Shown here piece after piece: positions 60,236-64,000 of a stretch of DNA of 64,000 bases (its first letter is position 1; each line of letters begins with the position of its first letter). Source of the stretch: Alphaproteobacteria bacterium (GTDB lineage Bacteria > Pseudomonadota > Alphaproteobacteria > UBA8366); contig JBFFGE010000001.1 in NCBI GenBank assembly GCA_041557595.1, positions 934 to 64,933 of the forward strand, read 5' to 3'. A program made the translations under genes and the position numbers. The notes under the pieces were generated by a model. The model made no database searches. It was not told where the DNA came from and saw only the letters and a list, made by a program, of their open reading frames with translations.

Positions 60236-61264
60236 ATGACCGAGACCGACATCTATCGCCAGCCCATTACAGATTCCAGCGCATGGACGCGCGCGGAGAT
60301 CGAGGCGGATGACGATTGGATTCATGTTTTGACCGAAGCTGAAATCGGCGATCTCGACCGCGCCTTGCAGGGTGTGCGCGGCCGGGCCGGGAAATTGGCG
60401 GACATTACCCGTTCGGACTTCCCGCTGCCGGTGTTGGGGCCGCGACTTGCCGAACTCGAAGGCGACGTGCGGACCGGGCGCGGTTTCGCACTGCTGCGCG
60501 GTATCCCGGTAGAGCGCTATGACGACGACGACCTGTTCCTCATGAAATGGGGAATCGGCACCCATTTGGGCCGCGCGATTTCGCAGAATGTCTACGGCGA
60601 CATGTTGGGGCACGTCTTCGACCACGGCAATGAAGACCCGACGGCGACGCGAACGCGCGGTTATCAGACGAGCGCGTCGTTGGATTTTCACGTCGACCGG
60701 GCCGACATGACCTCTCTGTTGTGCCTGCGCCAGGGACGCGCGGGCGGGCTGAGCCGGATCGTCAGCTCAATGTCGGTGCACAACGCGATCCTGGCCCGGC
60801 ATCCTGAATTTTTGCCGCCGCTTTATGAAGGCCTGCCCTACATCGTTACCGAGGCCGCCGGCGAGATGAAGACCTGGAACGGTCCGGTGTTCGACGTTAC
60901 GGACGGCGTGTTGAGTTGCTCGTTCCGCCGCGGCACCATACAAAAAGCAATCGACTCGCCCAATGTAACTCTGACGCCCTCGAAGGCAGCGGCGCTGGCC
61001 TGTATCGACGAGGTCATGAACGACCCATCGCTGGTGTTCGATATGGAACTGCAGCCGGGCGACATTCAATTCGTGAACAACTACACGGTGCTGCACGGCC
61101 GGACCGCGTTCGAAGACGATGCGGACAAGCGCAAGCGACGCCACGTGGTACGGCTCTGGCTGAAATTCTTCACGCCGCGCCCGGCCAGCGACTACATTCG
61201 CGACCAGTACAAGGGCATCGAGAAGCAGCTGGACCAGAACCCGGCCGGCTTCCGCACGCAATAG
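60236..61264 (+). CDS. TauD/TfdA-family (clavaminate-synthase-like) Fe(II)/2OG dioxygenase (paralogue 5, divergent)
   Basis: 342 aa with LDFHVDRAD (HxD) and NYTVLHGRTAF. The N-terminal domain is longer than in paralogues 1-4. Confidence 0.8.
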   Translation: MTETDIYRQPITDSSAWTRAEIEADDDWIHVLTEAEIGDLDRALQGVRGRAGKLADITRSDFPLPVLGPRLAELEGDVRTGRGFALLRGIPVERYDDDDLFLMKWGIGTHLGRAISQNVYGDMLGHVFDHGNEDPTATRTRGYQTSASLDFHVDRADMTSLLCLRQGRAGGLSRIVSSMSVHNAILARHPEFLPPLYEGLPYIVTEAAGEMKTWNGPVFDVTDGVLSCSFRRGTIQKAIDSPNVTLTPSKAAALACIDEVMNDPSLVFDMELQPGDIQFVNNYTVLHGRTAFEDDADKRKRRHVVRLWLKFFTPRPASDYIRDQYKGIEKQLDQNPAGFRTQ

Positions 61265-61428
61265 GGCGGCATGGGGTAAATGCCCGTCTTCCTATTTTTT
61301 TGATACCAACTAATTTGTCATGCTCAACGCCAACCACGGCAGCTAGCATCGCGGGTTCGCGGTCGCGGCAATCTGCCAAACCCTGACCCGGTTGCCGCAT
61401 GCCCGGCCGCGTCTTACGCTAGAGCAGC

Positions 61429-61492
61429 GGGCGCCCAATTGGGCGCACATAAGCTGCTCTATCTTTATAGAATCGATCAACCGGTCGCGGCG
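61429..61492 (+). repeat. intergenic repeat family 2, copy 3 (truncated; first hairpin only)
   Basis: CTAGAGCAGCGGGCGCCCAATTGGGCGCACATAAGCTGCTCTATCTTTATAGAATCGATCAACC. The second hairpin of copies 1 and 2 is missing. Confidence 0.8.
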
Positions 61493-61534
61493 CAGGATTG
61501 CGCTTTAGCGATATACAAATCCGAGACATGGAAC

Positions 61535-63274
61535 ATGGCGAACAAGACGAAGTTGTTGCAGGAACCCACGCTGGCCGGCGAAGGGATCGCGCGGGTTTTC
61601 GAACAGGCGGGGATCGATATGGTCTTCGGCATCCAGGGCGGCAATATGGGGCGCCTCTATGACGCGCTCTACGACCATCAGGAAACCGTGCGCTGCGTGC
61701 TGGTGCGGCACGAACAACTGGCGAGCGTCATGGCCGAGGTGTACGGGCGCCTCACCGGCAAGCCCGGCGTCTGCATCGGTCAGGGTATCTTCATGCTGGC
61801 GAACGGCTTCCTCGGGACGCTCGAGGCGCATTTCGGCAGCTCGCCGATGCTGTTCCTCACGGATTTTTCCGACGTGGCCCCCTTCTCGCAACACGCGCCC
61901 TATCAGAGCGGCCGCGGCGAGTACGGCTCGGCCGACACGCGCAACGCGCTTGCCGCCGTTACCAAACAGACCCTCACCGCGCTGACGCCGACCGAGGCCG
62001 TGCACGCGGTCCAGCTCGGCATCAAGCATGCGCTCAGCGGCGAACGCGGACCCGTCGGGATCGTCTTCAACAGCAACGCCTTTCTCGGCGGCACCATCGA
62101 TCCGGAGGCCCGCCCGTTCCTCTATCACACCTCGACCTACCTCCCGGCGAAACTGCCGGGCGACCCGGCGAGCGTCGCCACCGCGGCGCAGGCGCTCACG
62201 GCAGCCGAGCGGCCGGTGATCATCGCCGGCAACGGCGTTCGGATCAGCCAGGCGTACGGTGAGCTGGCCGCGCTCGCGCAACAGCTCGGCGCGCCGGTGG
62301 CGACGACCGCCTCCGGCAAGGGCGTCATCGCGGAAACCCATGAATGGGCGCTCGGCACCTGCGGCAATTTCGGCCAGGCGACGGCGAACGCCTATATCGG
62401 CTCGGCCGACCTCGTGCTGGCCGTCGGCACGCGGCTCGGCCCGGCGGACACGACGAACGAGAACCCGGCGCTGATCGATCCGGCGCGCCAGACGATCATC
62501 CAGATCGACATCGAATCGAAGAACGCGAGCTGGACGTTCCCCTGCGACACGGTAGTGATCGGCGACGCGGCGCTCGTGCTGCAACAGATCGTCGAGACCA
62601 TCCAGGCAAACGGGGCACCGGCGGCCGACAGTGTCGCCGCGCGCAAGGCCGCGCTCAACGAGACACGCGAGACGGAAGCGTTCTTCTCGGACCCGCATTA
62701 CAGCTCCGACGCGATGCCGATCATGCCGCCGCGTCTTTTCAAGGAAATTCACGACGTCATCGCCGACGACGCGCTGATCACCTGTGACGCGGGCGAGAAC
62801 CGGCTGTTCATGACCCATTTCTTCCAAACCAAAGGTCCGGGCACCCTGCTCATGCCTGGCATCGGGGCGATGGGCTATGCAGTGCCCGCGGCGCTGGCCG
62901 GCAAGCTGGTCCATCCCGAGCGGCAGGTGATCGCCGTGACCGGCGACGGCGGCTTCAGCATGGCGATGAACGGCATCATGACGGCGCGCGACGAGAACAT
63001 TCCGATCGTGACCGTGGTCCTGAACAACAGCGCGCTCGGCTGGGTCAAGCACGGCCAGGGCAACCGCGCGCTGAATAGCTCCTTCTCGGACATGAATTTT
63101 GCCGAGATCGCGAAGGCGATCGGCGTGAACGGCATCCGCGTCGAGCAGCCGGCGGCCATCGCCGGCGCGCTTCAGGAAGCGCTCGCCTCCGGCCGGCCGA
63201 CGGTCGTCGACGTGGTCACCGCCTTCGACGGATTGTCCTTCCGCGACGTGACATCGGAGTTGGCGCAGGGCTAG
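61535..63274 (+). CDS. thiamine-diphosphate-dependent enzyme (acetolactate synthase large-subunit-like)
   Basis: ORF trimmed to MANKTK. ThDP motif GDGGFSM...NN (VTGDGGFSMAMNG...VVLNNSALG). Confidence 0.85.
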   Translation: MANKTKLLQEPTLAGEGIARVFEQAGIDMVFGIQGGNMGRLYDALYDHQETVRCVLVRHEQLASVMAEVYGRLTGKPGVCIGQGIFMLANGFLGTLEAHFGSSPMLFLTDFSDVAPFSQHAPYQSGRGEYGSADTRNALAAVTKQTLTALTPTEAVHAVQLGIKHALSGERGPVGIVFNSNAFLGGTIDPEARPFLYHTSTYLPAKLPGDPASVATAAQALTAAERPVIIAGNGVRISQAYGELAALAQQLGAPVATTASGKGVIAETHEWALGTCGNFGQATANAYIGSADLVLAVGTRLGPADTTNENPALIDPARQTIIQIDIESKNASWTFPCDTVVIGDAALVLQQIVETIQANGAPAADSVAARKAALNETRETEAFFSDPHYSSDAMPIMPPRLFKEIHDVIADDALITCDAGENRLFMTHFFQTKGPGTLLMPGIGAMGYAVPAALAGKLVHPERQVIAVTGDGGFSMAMNGIMTARDENIPIVTVVLNNSALGWVKHGQGNRALNSSFSDMNFAEIAKAIGVNGIRVEQPAAIAGALQEALASGRPTVVDVVTAFDGLSFRDVTSELAQG

Positions 63275-63349
63275 TTGTGCAGGACTTCCGGATGGCGATG
63301 TAGGCCGGAATGTCCTTGTATGGCTGGGCCATTCGCCCGACGCGGAGCC

Positions 63350-64000
63350 CTAATGCAGCATCCCGCCGTCGATGATGATCGTGCGGCCGGTGACGTAGTC
63401 CGACAGGTCGGTCGTGAGGAACTCGACGACCCTGGCACAGTCCTCGATCGTGCCTTCGCGCCGTAAGGCGACCCGTTCCCTGGCCATGGCCGAACGGTCG
63501 CCGAGCCGGCCGGTGCGGATGATGCCGGGGGCGATGGCGTTGACGTTGATGTTGAAGGGTCCGAGCTCCTGCGCCAACGCGCGGGTGTAATGGATGATCG
63601 CGGCCTTGGCAGTGCCATAGGGATGGTAGCTTCCCTTGGCGTCTACCCCGGCGGTCGAGGACACGGTGACGATCTTGCCGCCGCCCTGTTTCTTCATGTA
63701 CGGCGCGACCGCCATGCAGGTGTACATGCAGGTCTTCACGTTGATATCGAGGACGCGGGTCAGCATTGCTTCCGGCGTGTCGGACGGCGTACCGGTCGTG
63801 ACTTCGTCGAGCGCGTCGTTCGTCCCCGCGCGCGGTGAGCGCTCGTCGGCGAAAATCACCGTGCCGCCCCCGGCGTTGCACACCGCAATGTCGATGCGAC
63901 CGAGCCGGTCGGCGACTTCGGCGACAGCCTTCGCCGTCGCGTCCCGGTCGGTCAGGTCGACCTCCAGCCCCATCGATCGCACGCCCAGCGCCGTGCATTC
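63350..64000 (-). CDS. SDR-family oxidoreductase (N-terminus beyond window end)
   Basis: NAGGG and YGTAKAA (YxxxK). The reading frame stays open to position 64000. Confidence 0.85.
   Translation of the reverse strand, partial: ECTALGVRSMGLEVDLTDRDATAKAVAEVADRLGRIDIAVCNAGGGTVIFADERSPRAGTNDALDEVTTGTPSDTPEAMLTRVLDINVKTCMYTCMAVAPYMKKQGGGKIVTVSSTAGVDAKGSYHPYGTAKAAIIHYTRALAQELGPFNINVNAIAPGIIRTGRLGDRSAMARERVALRREGTIEDCARVVEFLTTDLSDYVTGRTIIIDGGMLH

Noticed and set aside
61265-61305. Possible terminator after TauD paralogue 5 (GGCAT-ggggtaa-ATGCC ... TTTTTTT)
   Set aside because: The stem is 5 bp and the T-run is separated from it by about 12 nt, so this is not a canonical intrinsic terminator.

Overview
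High-GC, densely coding chromosomal segment that looks alphaproteobacterial (CIRCE-controlled groES-groEL, SAM-II-like leader on metZ, TctCBA transporter, DUF1491, bactofilin, phnDC). I support 58 protein-coding genes, and almost all are metabolic. They cover phosphonate uptake and CoA-ester and branched-chain catabolism (mmsA, two HIBADH-like dehydrogenases, crotonases, a family III CoA-transferase, two tandem CitE-like lyases, an SCS-like ligase, an ADP-forming CoA ligase, a carboxyltransferase). They also include a speE-speD-speE polyamine cluster, reverse transsulfuration (CBS, CGL) plus metZ, pepN, trxB, and five TauD/TfdA-family Fe(II)/2OG dioxygenase paralogues. The one clearly non-housekeeping element is a retron-type reverse transcriptase (50574-51920, minus strand). 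It is preceded by a sigma70-like promoter and a structured non-coding stretch of about 155 nt that I propose, from hand analysis only, as msr/msd. This RT has no canonical effector nearby, carries an N-terminal extension of roughly 110 aa and a perfect 21-bp in-frame tandem duplication, and appears co-transcribed with a TauD/TfdA gene. Three families of hairpin-forming intergenic repeats are present (4, 3 and 2 copies). I saw no tRNA, rRNA, CRISPR array, transposase or integrase. Many long ORFs in the supplied track are antisense or out-of-frame shadow ORFs typical of high-GC DNA and were rejected. All homology calls come from motif recognition by eye; no database search was run.
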